From NCBI RefSeq assembly GCF_001949145.1, contig NW_019091361.1, positions 1,329,588 through 1,393,587 on the forward strand: 64,000 nt of DNA. The letters run 5' to 3'. A program made the position numbers and the translations under genes. This document shows, in pieces, positions 11,169 to 25,297 of the stretch (position 1 is the stretch's first letter; the number at the start of each line of letters is the position of its first letter). The notes under the pieces are model-generated. The model ran no database searches, was not told where the DNA came from, and saw only the letters and a program-made list of their open reading frames with translations. This DNA comes from Acanthaster planci. Its lineage: Eukaryota.

Positions 11169-13198
11169 GCCTAAAGACACACGCACAGGAAAGTACTATA
11201 ATCCTTATGATGAAGCAAGCCCTTAGAGTTTTTAGCAAGTCACCTCAAGAGAACATGCATCTAGTACAGTATGTGTCCATACCAGTGTCAAAAGTATGTC
11301 CAGATTGGAAAAAGGATTTCATTATTTGTAAAAAGGGATGGGGTTGCAGACGTGCCCATTTGAGTCTTGTCTACAAAGGAAAATGTTCCTCATTCCCACT
11401 GTCTGGATGATTTCACTTTTCATTAAAAGTCTTCGCTCTGCATGGTGCAATAAACCGTAACCCAAAAGTCACAAACCTTTTCACTTCCAGGCAACAAACC
11501 TTTGTCATTTTGTTCACTTAAAATCATGGTGGAAAAAACCCATTACCACAAAGGTTTCTTTGATGTGTACACCAGATACTAAAGAGCTGGCAAAAAGTTT
11601 GGATCACAATATGCAGGGCATGCTTTTAACTGTGATCCAATGACCCATGCAAACTGGAAAAAAAAGGAAAAAAAGAAAGCCAACACAAAACCAAGAAACC
11701 TGAAGAGTCCAATAGAAAATTGTGTATGTGTACCTGGGGCACCCGGCAGAGCATGGGCTGCTTTGTGAATTGTGGCGGCCTCTACTATTTTATTGCATGA
11801 AAACAAAGGGAAAAAATCATCGGATTAAATTGGGCTGGTTTGTGGGATGATTTGTTGAAAGCTCTTTTCAATTTCAAATCATTGGGTAAGCCTGATAAAC
11901 AGCTCACCATTGTTATTTTGTGAAAACAAGCCTTAAAATGCAATGTCTGCTTCCCTCTCTTTTGGGCTTTTTAAAAAGTTGTTCCTGTCATATCTGGCTA
12001 CAAACACTACTCCTCCTGCAAACTGTGTCTTCTTCTGTGATGTAAAATGCAATCATTTATTAGCCAGCACAAAGGAAATCAATCAAAATTGAAACTGAAT
12101 TTCAACCTCAAGCTTAGAAATCAAGTGCATACTTCTCTTAGGGTCATTTTTTTTGGTGGGCATGCTGACATCTGCTGCCACATTTATTATGTCAGTTTAA
12201 ATAAGGTTGACATGTCTTCTTGCAGTCAACATTCAAAAAGTAAGGCCATTTTGCATACAGATAGCCATAAATCTTGTTTGTGTTTGATATTTGTCAAAAC
12301 CTGCTCTAAAACTATCAAATGCTGACCAAATAAATCACATCTCTTATCACAAATGTTATCTTACCATTCCCAAGAACATTTCTTCTTTTTTTTTAAGAAT
12401 TTATATATGCAAGGGTACCATTATCTTTGCTGAATGTACATTTCCTTTATGGTTTGATACTGCATATAATGCAATAGTAGCTTGACTTTTTTTCCCTATT
12501 CTGCTGGCAAGTGACAAGTTCCCATGTTGAAGTTTTAAAAAGCTCACCCTCCCAATCCCATGCTTAGTGGAGCAACATTTGGGTCTGAACATCATCCAAA
12601 AGACAAAGACATACAAACAGTAATTCCTCCCACAGTTTTTGACAAGAGCTAATAATGATCAAATCAAACATTTTACATGGCTTTCTATGCTTCCCCTATT
12701 AAGATTCGGAGGCAACGCGAGTGGTGCTTTGGTTCTTTAGAAGATAATTTGGGGCAACAGGCTTTATTTAAAAGTCGGCCATTTTGCATCATGCCTCCCC
12801 ACTCTACTTCAATCATTGAACATTATGAAATGGGAGAAGCCTGATGACTGTGTGCTACAATGTTTTTTTTTGTTAACATGGAAAATACGCGTGACCTGAC
12901 TTTTTATGCATAATATGGAATCACCCACTGGAGCACAAAGATGGTACTCCATAATTTACCCCTATTTCCACATATATTACTGGGAACTGTTTCAGAAATT
13001 TATTCAGCTCAACTCCCTTTTGATTCAAAATGGATGACCCATGAACCTGAGGCCAATTTTATATGTGACACATACATGTGTAAGTTGTAACAAGCCATTA
13101 CTGTCTATTCTCTAAAGGAGATCCAAAGCCATCTAGCATCCTGACAAGAACAAATTGGCCTTGAAAATTGACAGAATGATAAGACAGACCCAACTTAC

Positions 13199-13284
13199 TT
13201 GATGCACTGCGGCAGATGAATAGAGGAGCTGCTCTCTTCCAATGATGGATCCAACAAACCATTGTAATGTAAGTTATCAATGCA
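13199..13284 (-). CDS. RASGRF: RasGRF exon: post-PH2 linker
   Basis: CIDNLHYNGLLDPSLEESSSSIHLPQCI(K); 86 nt, phase 0 to 2; gtaagt donor. Confidence 0.92.
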
Positions 13285-13810
13285 CTGAAGGGCAAGGAGA
13301 AAACAATTGAGAGACCGAAACCTCTGAGAGTAAATGCTAAATCTACAATGTGGGTGCGTCCAGGCAAATCTGTCTTCATGAGCTACTGACAAATTTAAAG
13401 AATGTCCGAAAAATTCAAAATATAATCACAGTCTGGTTGTTTCTATAATCAAATGAGACTGTACTGCAGAGAGTCACTTTTTACATATACATGTACATGT
13501 ACTGGCAGGAAAACCTATTGCAACATTTTACATTAGAATTTGCAGTTGCCATGCAAATGATGTTATTTACTGGTCAGTTAAAATGCATGGAATTCTTTCA
13601 AAACACAAAGTAAGGAAGTATCCAAGTTAAAAAACCTCTATTAAGTCATGTAATGATTTTGGAGAGACGAATGGGGAAAGTAATGCACAGGTCAGGCATA
13701 AAATTTGCTGAAAACTACTTCACCAGAGCTACAAAACGTAAAGTAAAAAAAAAACCATAACATACGTCACAGCTGAGTAATACGTATAGAGAGATGAGAG
13801 AAACAAGTAC

Positions 13811-13950
13811 CTGACTGATGTCACTTGTCCATGCCGCCTTGTCTTGATGGGACGGCGCCACCAAGGTGACGACTAACGGAGGTCCACTCTTGGAATCCAC
13901 AATCAGCTTAAAGTCCAGATTGTCGTAGTCTGACTGGTTGGGTTGGTTGG
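13811..13950 (-). CDS. RASGRF: RasGRF exon: PH2 domain end
   Basis: NQPNQSDYDNLDFKLIVDSKSGPPLVVTLVAPSHQDKAAWTSDISQ; 140 nt, phase 1 to 0. Confidence 0.93.
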
Positions 13951-14453
13951 CTGTGTGCATGCAGAGACCAACAGGTAGAGAAGCAATCTTTGAGGTCAAC
14001 TACTTCAGATTTCCTCAGCGCAAAAACGTCACCATGCCATCAGAAAAATTGTGTGCATATAGTATTTAACATTATACAATTTAACTGTAAACAAAAGCGT
14101 CACAAATGGTAAAGAATAGGTGGATGGGCGCATACACGTAAAACAAAAACTGCAGATTTTCCTTTGTAAGTGCTTCAATAAGAGTAAATTAATACCTTGA
14201 AGATTAGATATAAAAAAAAATTACACAAAACGAGATAAATCGATTAATTACACAAACAACCAATGAACAAATTGATAAGCATAATCAAATGTATGTGATA
14301 AACAGGTGTTTCTTTAATTTTAGCTGAAGCCACCGGTAAAAGTCAAATGATTTCTTTTCAACATCCACCTAAAATTGGCTTGTGTTTCTCCACTCAAACC
14401 TTCCAGAAAGTTCATTTTCCCATTCTTGGCATCTTGACAACAATTCCACTTAC

Positions 14454-14520
14454 ACTCATCATCAAATGGGTCAAAATCCTCCACGATGGCCGTGTCAATC
14501 AGAGGGATTTTTCCTCCGAC
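14454..14520 (-). CDS. RASGRF: RasGRF exon: PH2 domain
   Basis: VGGKIPLIDTAIVEDFDPFDDE; 67 nt, phase 0 to 1; gtaagt donor. Confidence 0.88.
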
Positions 14521-17500
14521 CTGTCCAATCAACACAAGACAAAAGAAAAAGCAAACTTAAAGTATCATTTTTTTGTTCAAAATACGAAACCCTTTTCTTT
14601 GCCAACTTGAGGTATTCTTAACTAAGACGCCGGATGTTTCTCAGCAAAAATTGTGAAAATGTGTTTCTATTGTGCACTTTGAGGTCTTTACGTCACATTA
14701 AGTACAATTGTAAACTATATACCCGGTAAATCTACTTGCAATTAACATATGTTAAGAATAATCATATTACATGAAATGTCACTTGTCTTTAGATGAGATT
14801 TCTAAGACCTTTCTGAGGACTGTATGTGTTACACTCAATGGGAGTAATGCATCTTCACTTCTTGACACTATCTGCTTGATGGGGTCATACAACAGACAGT
14901 AGTCTTCTTTTTCTCCCTCAAGGTTATTTCTGAAAACATGGCTTTTGTATATAACTGGCGTTGGCTTGATCTCAGGCCCTGGGACCAAATGTCGATATAG
15001 GCCAAAGCCATTTTGCTTATTAAATAAGCAAAGAAGAGAACATCTGATCCAGCAAAATCTACAAAAATGCTGTACTTTTCAGTGTACAAACCAAGGCAAT
15101 AATCAAGGTTTTCTTCTTGGGATGACATCACAGTTTGCTCATGAATATGGAAATACTCATTGGCATAAAAACCAAAAAAAAGAAAAGACATAACAGAAAC
15201 GTACCCTTTGAAATGGTGAAATAAAAGTTTAAAATTCATCTGAGACAAAAAGGTAAATTGAAAGGTTTGTTTAAAACAAATTCATTGCAGGTACAGTACA
15301 TGTACCCTTTAAATCGACAGCATGCCCAAAAGACCAGATTAAGAAAAGGCCTCTGGAATCTGAGGAGTCCCTGGATGAAAAGGTAATTCCACTACTGGAA
15401 AAATTCATAGTTTGCTGGGCCAAGGCACACAGACTTTGCCTTTAAGGTACGAGTGACTATTCTCATTTAGGGGTTATTTGTCCTTATTTCTAAGCTGCAG
15501 AAAAAAAATCCACTCATAAAAGTCTGAGCGGGCTTCCCTGGCTGTTGGACTCTTGGCAACTCTTCCACGATTTATATGTATATACAGTTTACAAATTTTT
15601 AAACTTTAAATCATGAAACTTTTAAAGAGGAGCAAAACTAATCATTGAAATCAGTTGGATTTTAATGAAGCCTGTTCCTGTTCTGTCCAGGTTTCATTTT
15701 GCTGGTTATGCACAACTGTTTTTATCATGTAAAAAAGAGAAATAATGGTGAGGAATTATTCCCAAATAGTTCTCAATTGTACAATTTCAACATTGTTTTC
15801 CAACCCACGGATGGTTGCATTTACAACATTGTTCTTCCTTGGTCTAGTCCATAAAATAAAAGAAACTATAAGTGAGAGTTTTCAAGCTATTTTTGAAGGA
15901 GGATAAAAAGGAAAAAAATGTGGAAAGTTATCAAAATTAACCTGTCCTTTATTAGTTAAGTTGAGAATCATATCAATGTAATTTTATAAACAAATTTGTT
16001 TTATGTTGGTGCAATCAGCACAGATAACAATGGATATACGGACACCAATTTTTCCTCAATAAACATGAGGTTTTCTTCAAGCTTAACTAGACTTTTGCTT
16101 TACTCGATTTGTGAGCCCCCCCCCAAGAAATTCTGGGGAAAAAATGGATTTTCCAGGCTGCCTCAAGATTGCTAGGCAACTAAGTGACGGAGTGGCACAA
16201 ATCCATGGCAACGGCTGGCACACCACATCTGATTTCAATATTACATGATCACGTTGGGCACGTACTGAAATTCAGTTAGGGTGGAGTCAACGAAAAAATC
16301 CAGGCCTGTACATTGCCAAATGCAAGCCAGGACGTGGCACAATTTTGTCAAACAGAAAACTGCCTTTACAAAAAAATCTCGAACCAAAACCTGACTGCAA
16401 AGAGATGAAACAATAACAAAATGTATCCACAATATGACCTGACATTAAGTAAGACAGCATCAGGAAAACTGCATTGACTTGACACTGCTCAACTCCAACT
16501 CTCTACAAGTACTTTGACCAGTTATCTTTGCTCTGTCTAACATCCCACTGTATTGAACTGACTGAGCTTGGAATTTAATTGCCATTTTCTCAAACACTAC
16601 TATTACAATCGATGCATGTAATTCCAGTACCCCTCTCTAGTACATGGACTGGAAAGCATTTACTCTGCATTATCCAGTGAGGAAAGTATCTATTACAAGT
16701 CTGACTTTTTAGCTCAATTTGTGCTGACAATTCACAAATAAATGTCTGCCTCTCCAGTGTTGCACCATAGAGGAAGGACACAGGAGTTGCAACTGGAAAG
16801 CCAAGTTCATAAGTAACAAATGTGCTATTTCATCACATCATGAAATCTCATAAATACACTTTTGTGCAAATGACATAATAAAAATGATTCAAACAAAACA
16901 CAAAATCTTGTAAACAACCAGGCTATTTATTCCCAAAATAACTCCAGAGGAGCTCATTAAGGGCAACGACTGCACATATAGATTTAGGGCACACAGCGTA
17001 ATGCAAGCAACTGCGCAAACATTAAATTTGATGTTGTCATGAGATCATACAAGCACCAACAAATGCATGAACATTCAATTTCCTATACCTCGGTGCACAA
17101 AGTGTTAAGGATGTACACGTAGGTTACCAGTGACAAACTGCGGCGGTGATCATTGGGTACAAAGTGGTTTCGTGGTTATGAAACAGATGGTGCGTAGCAA
17201 GCGTTCACTGCACTCTGGCTATGGACATACTGTACAAGGCATGCCAGAAGGCAGTAATTGGCCAGATGTTACAACCCGGGCAGTTCAAACTCCTCCTGTG
17301 TCCTTCCTCTATGGTTGAACCCAGGACTGGTTGTGGGGGAGGAGGGGAGGTTCAGGCCCCCAAAGCAGCTCATGTGCGCAAGCCCTCCTCCCCCATTGTG
17401 CCACAAGGGACTGCGATTTACTGCTAAATCATAGGTAGTAGTTTAAGATGTATACTATATCTCTGCTTTTCAAAAAGAAAAACTCTTGGGGAAGGGGGTT

Positions 17501-17585
17501 CAAGCCGCTATAGTCCCCCCCTCCGGTGGACCACTATACCTCTCTGTACAAATTACATAGAAACAACACGGTTCCTGTTGCTCAC

Positions 17586-17755
17586 CTTGGCCAGATGCAG
17601 CTTTCCTCCGGATGTTCTAGTGGTAATGAGCAGGTGCTTGGTGAAGAGGAAACACTGCCTTACCCCTTCCTTACGGGTCTCCACCTTTGCCCCCAGCGAC
17701 CCTAGTCTGGTACGGCTGACCCTCGTCCTCTCCTGCATCACCTGCGTCAGTGTTC
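17586..17755 (-). CDS. RASGRF: RasGRF exon: PH2 domain
   Basis: (G)TLTQV...RLGSL...[29 protein letters not shown]; 170 nt, phase 1 to 0; gtgagc donor. Confidence 0.94.
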
Positions 17756-18044
17756 CTTCAAAGGAACAAGACCACAATGTACGTGTGCTGTATGTTAAAA
17801 CCTGTACATTTATTTCAACTGTGGGTTTTGATCGCTTTTCTGATTTTGCCCAAAATATGATAGTCAAATCATCACCTTCAAACCCACTTTCAGTTACACA
17901 TTCGTTTTGCACATATCTTTCCATTTTTCCATACTGAATGTTTCTCACCTGTGCAATTTATGGCAATTAGTAAATACTACGATGTTTTTAACCACCTTAC
18001 AAAATGTCACCAGGCAAAAGGAAGGAGTTCAAATCTACATGTAC

Positions 18045-18162
18045 CTTGCCTGACGAACATCTGCTGTACATCCAGCAGTATCTCGCAACCTTCCACGATC
18101 ATCCGCTCTATGGAGAGATTCTTGCGGATGCTCTCAGTCTCTGACACCTCATCATGCATAAC
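18045..18162 (-). CDS. RASGRF: RasGRF exon: DH-PH2 junction
   Basis: [39 protein letters not shown]; 118 nt, phase 0 to 1. Confidence 0.95.
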
Positions 18163-20119
18163 CTTAAGGAGACAGAGAGAAAAAAAAAGCACTATGATGA
18201 TAACCTGGATGGATCAACAAACAATACACCTGATCCACGCTGCAGACTCTATTGACCAAAGACAAACAGAAACTTTCTGCAAGTACAGTGGCCTATTTAT
18301 TGATGACACCGTGTAGGGTAGCTTAGTGATAAAACTACAGTAACTGGGGCACTTAACTTGCACCTGATCTGTCTCTACAGTAAGCTCTTACACAAATGGT
18401 GATGAAACATACTGCACTAAACATTGCAAAGACCAGAAGCCAGTCTTTATCTCTCCTATCTCCACTCATAAATACCTGGACAACTTGTCTGATTCTTTAG
18501 CCCAAATTCTGTAGTGACACACATTCATTCCTTACAAGAGCTCAAATAACTGTGCCACCCTCAATCCACCTCATCTGCTTCGATCGAATGTTCCCTCTCC
18601 TCTCTACTGTTATTATTTTGCCTCAATTATCAAGGGACTTGTGCTGTAATTGGAGTCATATCTTCTCCCTCCCACCTCTGTTGCCCACATCTACCACTCA
18701 GTCCTATTGCCTCCCCCTCCCCCTCTCCCTCCAGGCGGTCTCCAGTTCCCGGTCCTTCCCCTGCAATCTGTCCCGTCAGAGTCTGACAGCCGGCAGTGAT
18801 AAGCCACCTGCGAGGCATTTCAAATATTACACTTGGCCCGGAAATTGCCAGGTGACGGGCAAGGCTCTCCGTGCCAACCACTGAGGAATTTTTTTCGATT
18901 CTCTAGGAGATTTTATGAGCAAGGAGCTCTTGGCAATCTCTGGGAGTAGGAAAATTGCAAAATGATGTGAAACGTTTCTGTATATAAAAGCAAACAGAGT
19001 CCCATACTTATTGATGCAAGGTGAGGTACACCAATCCGTTTTTATTCTAATTCAAGTTTTGTCAAGAAAAATTGACTTATCTGAACTCAACAAAACATTA
19101 TGTGGCCCAACCTGATTGCATGATTCAGTTTATTGGGGAAATTTCTCTGGATAGACAGGAACTCAAACAATTCATGACGATGGAAAAACTAAACAAAAAA
19201 CCTCAAGTCCCAATCCGTTTGCGGGATCTGGTTGCACATTTGCCTGTACTTGAGGATGGCGATGTTAGCATCCTCACTTTGCAATGTCACTTTGTTGCAA
19301 CTTTAACTTGGCTCCTGGTGTTACTCATAACTCTAATGGAATAATATTGACCCCTCGGAACCATAGTACTTTATAAATCAACTTGAGACCAAAAGCCACA
19401 TTGAAGGCTTGTCTCAACCAGAAGCCCACAGCAAACTATTCTTCAGGTGTAAACAAAAGGCAATACAAACTTGGTGCATTCACTTTGTGTGAAACTCATT
19501 TGTACCACGAACATAGTTTATTTTTTGGATTCCACAAAATGTCACTAAGTGTGAGCATCATCAATGTGAACAACGCAAAAAAGTTGTGATCTGTTTGATT
19601 ATGTAGTGCCAAAAAGTATAAAACATTTCAAATGTACACAAGACAAGAAATATTTACAGATGGGAAACTCTTAATTTGCCAACAGTCAACCAATCAATTG
19701 GAAAAATAGAAAACTTGGAGTCAGAACTTGTAACTTGAAATTTGATCAGTCACTTTCCACATCATGCGGACAAGCATGCTACCTCCCAACATGTATTCAT
19801 ATAGCCATGCCAAGCGAACACTTGGCGACGGCTGCCAAATGCAAACACTGTAAAGGTGGCTGTGTTTTTGAATTCTTGAAAAGTCATGCTACAAAACTGT
19901 ATAAACCACATCGGTGTGTTCAATTCTCTTCCCTAAAACATCTCTTATTTGTGTCCTTGAGGAGTGAAAACCCTACTGGTTGTTGGAAATTTTCAAGAGA
20001 ATGGCAGCCATCTTGAAAAGAAAAAGAAAAAGGCCCGCCTCATTCATTTAACAGACCTGGACACTAAACAAACTTATTTTTGTGTGTGGCCTTAGGGCCT
20101 GGATTGCTAAGCCTCTTAC

Positions 20120-20230
20120 CCTGGAGAGTTCCTCCAATTTGTTCTTTGCATATTCCAGGCTCTTTCGCTCCACGTGATCATGCGGCGTGTGGGCCAGCAG
20201 CTCGTGCAGGGTAATGATATATCTTGGCAC
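20120..20230 (-). CDS. RASGRF: RasGRF exon: DH domain end
   Basis: [40 protein letters not shown] acceptor, gtaaga donor; 111 nt, phase 0 to 0. Confidence 0.94.
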
Positions 20231-20552
20231 CTTCGTACAGGTCAGGTGAAGTAAATGGAAAGAAAACAAGTCAGAAGGGGGTTAAATTAGATTAGGGGGT
20301 TTAAGTTAGGTTGGCTTTGGTCGAATGTCCTCACACAATTCCTTACTTGGAATTGGGTGTTAGGAACCTGACGATTTCATTTTCTTAGGTTTAATTTCCA
20401 ACAAAACGGCAGAGACAAGTTTGAGGTGATTTTGATTGTCTGTCCAAGACTTCTCTTTGTTTTCACAGCAACAGACACCATCTACCGATAACAAGCTGGG
20501 CATTTTTCCTTTACCAGAGGCATGCATGTACAAACTACTGCAGAGATAGATG

Positions 20553-20788
20553 GGCCGTTTTCCAATACTCAACCTCGTCTCCGTCTCAGGCTTCGTGTAG
20601 GAAACCAATCCTCGATCGAGGGCCTGAAGTGTTTAACTTTTGAATTGAAATACTGTAATATTGAGCTCTTTTGCATCGTACCTGATGTTTTGTGGCACTA
20701 TCAGACTTAGTATTGCGCTTATAACCTCAAAGTCAGGAAGTAAAAAAACAAACAGTTGAAGCCTGAGATGGAGTATTGGAAAATGGCC
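20553..20788. mobile_element. PIF/Harbinger-like MITE
   Basis: TIRs GGCCGTTTTCCAATACTC..CTCAGGCTTC / GAAGCCTGAG..GAGTATTGGAAAATGGCC; 3-bp ATG on both flanks. Confidence 0.65.
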
Positions 20789-20932
20789 ATGGTTGCATTA
20801 TACATGTACCAGTATGTCCTCAGGTTGTGAAACAAATGAAGACTAAGGACTATTAATAATCAGAGAGCCTCTTTTCCTACAGATTCTTACAGGTATCGAG
20901 GTTCATTCCTTGGATGTGAATTCCATGGCAAT

Positions 20933-21153
20933 ACACCTTTTCACCCACGTGACTAAATGTAAACAATACCACAACGTGTGGACCGCCTTAGAAACGGTGA
21001 TCGCATATATTCCCACAGGCAGCTTCAACCACGTCCAAGCGCATGTGCGAACGCTGCATGCTTGACTTCCCCTAGTTAATGTTGAATAGGTAGATTACCA
21101 TCACAACACATCATAGGTCCAGCACGATCGTGACATCACTGGAAAAAGGTCTA
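20933..21153. mobile_element. Probable short TIR element
   Basis: Ends tacaccttttc / gaaaaaggtcta form an imperfect inverted repeat. Confidence 0.4.
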
Positions 21154-22424
21154 CACTGGTAACAATTTGACCATCCTTGTCACAAACACAGCATGTACTG
21201 TTTCTTCTGACACCCTTCCAAGACAATCGATGGCCCGCCAACCTCCAGAGTTTAGGAAAGCATACACAGGCTGAAACCCTTCACCTCCTGGTATTCATTT
21301 TATACACTCTTGAAAAGAATGAAAAGAAAATACCCCCCCCAATGGTTGCAATCTGTCTGTTTAAATACATGTATGGGATTTGACAATTATCATGCGTGAG
21401 CAGCACAGCAGAACTTTAAATACATGCACTGTACGGTGATTGATCAAAGAAGAGTCCCCTCAATTTCCTGAGAGATGAGCATTGCTTCATGAGACAAATA
21501 CTCACCATGGTCAAAAATAGGGACTGACTCATGATGATGAATTAGTGTATACCACAGAGAGTGTGGCTCTCGATCATGAGTATGGTACATGTAATTGTTA
21601 TATATTGCAAATATTACTCACCAAGACCAATGAAATATTACAATTAACATCCAATGACAGACCCAACAGTTACAATCAAGGAGGTGCCCAAAATTTACGA
21701 AATGAAGTAGTGCTCCGAACGGAGGTGAACAAGAATATAAATCATTTTAGTGAGAATTTCTAGATTTTAAAAGAATTAAAGGGACCCTGAAAGAGAAATA
21801 TTTTACAAAAATCCTTGAAATTGCATCGTTGGATTTCAATTAACCTTATTTGAAATTTTGTGTTGCAATTTTAACCCATATTTTGGAGCTTTTTTGGTTT
21901 GTAAGCTAATGACATTTGCATATTCATAAGCCAAACTATGATGTCATCCAAGGAACTGAATCTCAATGTTGCACCGATTTGTGCACAGAAATATCTAGAT
22001 ATTTTGAACACTGCTATCGTAGATTTCATTTCCTTCGACAATTTACTGTTGTGTAACTATATGGCAATAAGCAAGCAAGCAACCTTTCGACAGAAATGTT
22101 TTCTGATAGCAAATTTGGAGTTCACACTTTGAACATGAAAACATGCAAAACTGAACCATGTCTTCCTGGATTTACATCAAAGCAAATGCGCCCTCACCTG
22201 TCCAGAAATGCCTGGCCAATTTTTAATGTCTAAAAATATACACAAAAAGTTCTTCTAAGAAAAATTCATTTCATGGATCCTTTACATAACCAGTCGAGGG
22301 CACAAGAAGAATAGGGAAAAAAAAGGAAAACAGAAAAAAAGAAGGGAAGGGGGTAGTTTGGCCTAGTACAAGCCCCTATGGATCTGCTACTGATATCCAG
22401 GAAACAATATCACCATGATCATAC

Positions 22425-22621
22425 TTGATGCATGGGGTAGGTGAGAAACGTCTCCAGTGACCGGCCCTCACAGATGGGCTTGGACTCGTAGCACTTGAGC
22501 AGCTGGTTGAACATGGGGTTCTTCTGCTTACACTCCGCCAACACCTGCAGGCTGTAGTGGTGGTTGCGCACATACTCGTTGTAGATGCACAGCATGGGCA
22601 GCAGCATGTCGAACAGGTCCC
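22425..22621 (-). CDS. RASGRF: RasGRF exon: DH domain
   Basis: (G)[32 protein letters not shown]...[13 protein letters not shown]; 197 nt, phase 1 to 0. Confidence 0.95.
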
Positions 22622-23367
22622 CTGGTCAAGGAGAGCAGTGATGTATTAGGGAATAAGTACGTGGTCGGGATAATTAATTGTATGATTTTTTGTTCTAATA
22701 AATTTCTCCGCGGTTACATAAGAAAACAGCCCAGAACAAACATACTGCTAAAGATCTGTAAGAACAAATTTCCTCCTCCTTTGGTGTTGGTGAATTATTG
22801 CATTTTCCAAAGCCAGTGCTTTGTTGGAATATGGTAAATAAAATGGCAGCCAAAGAGCAAGATCCTGTTGTCAAATATACTCCATCAAGTTTTCCTTTGA
22901 CTTCATGTACATTGTACATGTACTACAAAATGTCTGCAAATACACCTTTTGAGCCAAAGTAATGCAAATACATGTGTACAACTACGTCTTTCAGTGCACT
23001 CTGGGGAGGGGTGTGTTATACGGTAGGTACGCTACATGTACTGAATGTAGAATTGGACTGATTCATTTGGAACAAATTAAGTTCTCCACATCTAAACATA
23101 ATTAAGGATAATTTTGACAAATTTCAATTCTCAGTGAAGCAAAATTAACCACCAGCATGTTGTCCATGTAAGATTGAGTCATCCATCAGCAGTTACTTAC
23201 TGTTGCCATGGAATTAAGAGAGCGCCCTCACTAGATGCTGCACAGGGCAGATAGCCACAAGAAATGCTAAACTAGAAGCTTTCTAGCAGTACTGCATGGC
23301 ATATCAACAGCATTTCAATTTAAAGTGCTAGCTGATAAATAAATATTAAAATGTCCCTCCACTTTAC

Positions 23368-23447
23368 CGAGCACTAATTTGGGCCAATGTTCCATTCTTG
23401 CACTCAATCCCTTGTAGAATATCTGGTGCAGGAAAAACACAGTCTCG
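23368..23447 (-). CDS. RASGRF: RasGRF exon: DH domain
   Basis: (S)ETVFFLHQIFYKGLSARMEHWPKLVL; 80 nt, phase 2 to 1. Confidence 0.95.
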
Positions 23448-25147
23448 CTGGAAATACACAGAGGGAAATAAGAAAGAAATTCAAAAACTTGAAAATGAAT
23501 CAAGCTGGTCGTCAGCCTCAACCAAAAACTCTGGTACATAACTACCGTCAGCTGAGGCACTCAATGGATAATGGGCCCTGGCCGGCATCATGTTGAAGGG
23601 GTGATTTCTTTTTAGTTGGGAAATGATTGAGCACACTGTCAGGAGTCTGATGTGATAACCCACACTGTCCACAGCCCAACCATGGTGCTTTTGGATATTA
23701 TACCTTTGCAGCCAGGCTTGGGATGAAAATGTATGCATAAATAACTGTTTCAACTACATACAGCACAATGATACATTCTTTGTGCAACTTCTATGCTGCA
23801 GAGGCATTTTGCATTTGCTTGTGACCAACAAGAAGTATCGATGAACTCTCTCCTATTTCAAAACTGGGGGTTTAGGATGTTGTGATGGATGAGTCTCGTG
23901 TATGAGCCTGAATGACAGCGGATATTGGCCAATATTTGTTTCAAAAACACACTGGGAAAGGCACAAACTGCTTAGACATACATACATGAGTCACACATTA
24001 CAAAGAACAAAAGATGGCAGGGAAGAGACAGACAAATATGGCCCTGTGAAGAAAAGCAAATTTAAAAAATCTTCAAGACAAACAGCCGCCTCAAACAGCC
24101 TAAATAAACACAGACTTGTTTAGTCTCATTTCAAGTAGAAGGTGAAGTCGTCTGTGCATTACACACTGCCCACACACACGGTACTGGGAGGCCTCTTGGT
24201 GAAAGTCTTCTGCAGAACAAGAGGCTCCAAAATATCACAAGAGGAGCAGTTGCTGCAATCGTGTGATGAAAACAAGGTTCAAGTGCCTGACAGGACAGCT
24301 ACTGAATGCAAGATTACCACAGCAAGCCTAGTTGCCGTGATGGTTCTCTAGATCGGAGTGGCTCAAGTCAAAGTCCGCACTTCATTTAGATCCAAGACGT
24401 GTCACTTGTCAAGTCAAATGACAAATACATGTATCGGTACATGTACAATGTACATGTACTGAACAATGAAGTTTTACCAACAAGGGAACAGATAGCCACA
24501 AATGGAATACCTGTAGGTACATGTGCATGTACACGTATGCATGCACTTTGCAATTGAAGGTGGCTTTTTTATAACTTCAAATGTACATAAAAAACTGTAG
24601 ATGTACCGGTACATGTATTTGGAAGTACTGGTACCCTGCAGCTACATGCACATGTACATAGACCTGAGAAAAGAATCTTTCAACAGATGCGTACATGTAC
24701 GCGACTATGGACATGTACACTAAAAAATATAACATGCACACTGCCATATCAACAGAGCATAAATATACTCCCACATACATGTACATGTACATGAAGAAAA
24801 GAACTGTATTATCCATGTTCCTTTGGCTTTGATAGTGACTTCCTACAGTTTGCACTGATGGCACAGATAAAATGCAAAAAATGGCAAGAAATGAACTGAA
24901 CTTAGGAAAGTGCATTTTTTGAAAATGAATAAATCCCTTGCTCAGGACTTCAACAGATAACTATTAAAAACCCAATAAAAAATGTCACTGTCCATTCATC
25001 AATACAGAATTTTCAAGGAATATTTCCGAGGCAGATGTCATTCACCTTATAATACTAAATTGGATCTAAATTGGATTCTCCATGGTAAAGTAGAGAGCTT
25101 TGAAATTGTTCATGTCACAGCAAGTACCACAGTGTTGAACCAACTTC

Positions 25148-25297
25148 ATAGAGTGCCAAAGTGACTATGTCACGTGCACAATTAGTGTGTAAAAGGCATT
25201 AGCGCGAGAACCAGTGCGTGAACCAACACGCGCGCGTACTTCATTCGTTTGCACTGCACTTTCTGGTTCACAGTGATGTCACACTTCGGTACTCTAT
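25148..25297 (+). mobile_element. MITE family Z, copy 2
   Basis: TIRs atagagtgccaaagtg / cacttcggtactctat; homologous to 8960-9109. Confidence 0.7.

Noticed and set aside
18552..18884. GC/CT-rich island with overlapping ORFs
   Set aside because: Not needed for the RasGRF frame and no homology recognised; may be regulatory but unsupported.
24577..24915. ORFs rich in YMYM / VHVH / TCTC
   Set aside because: Translations of TACATG motif runs, not proteins.
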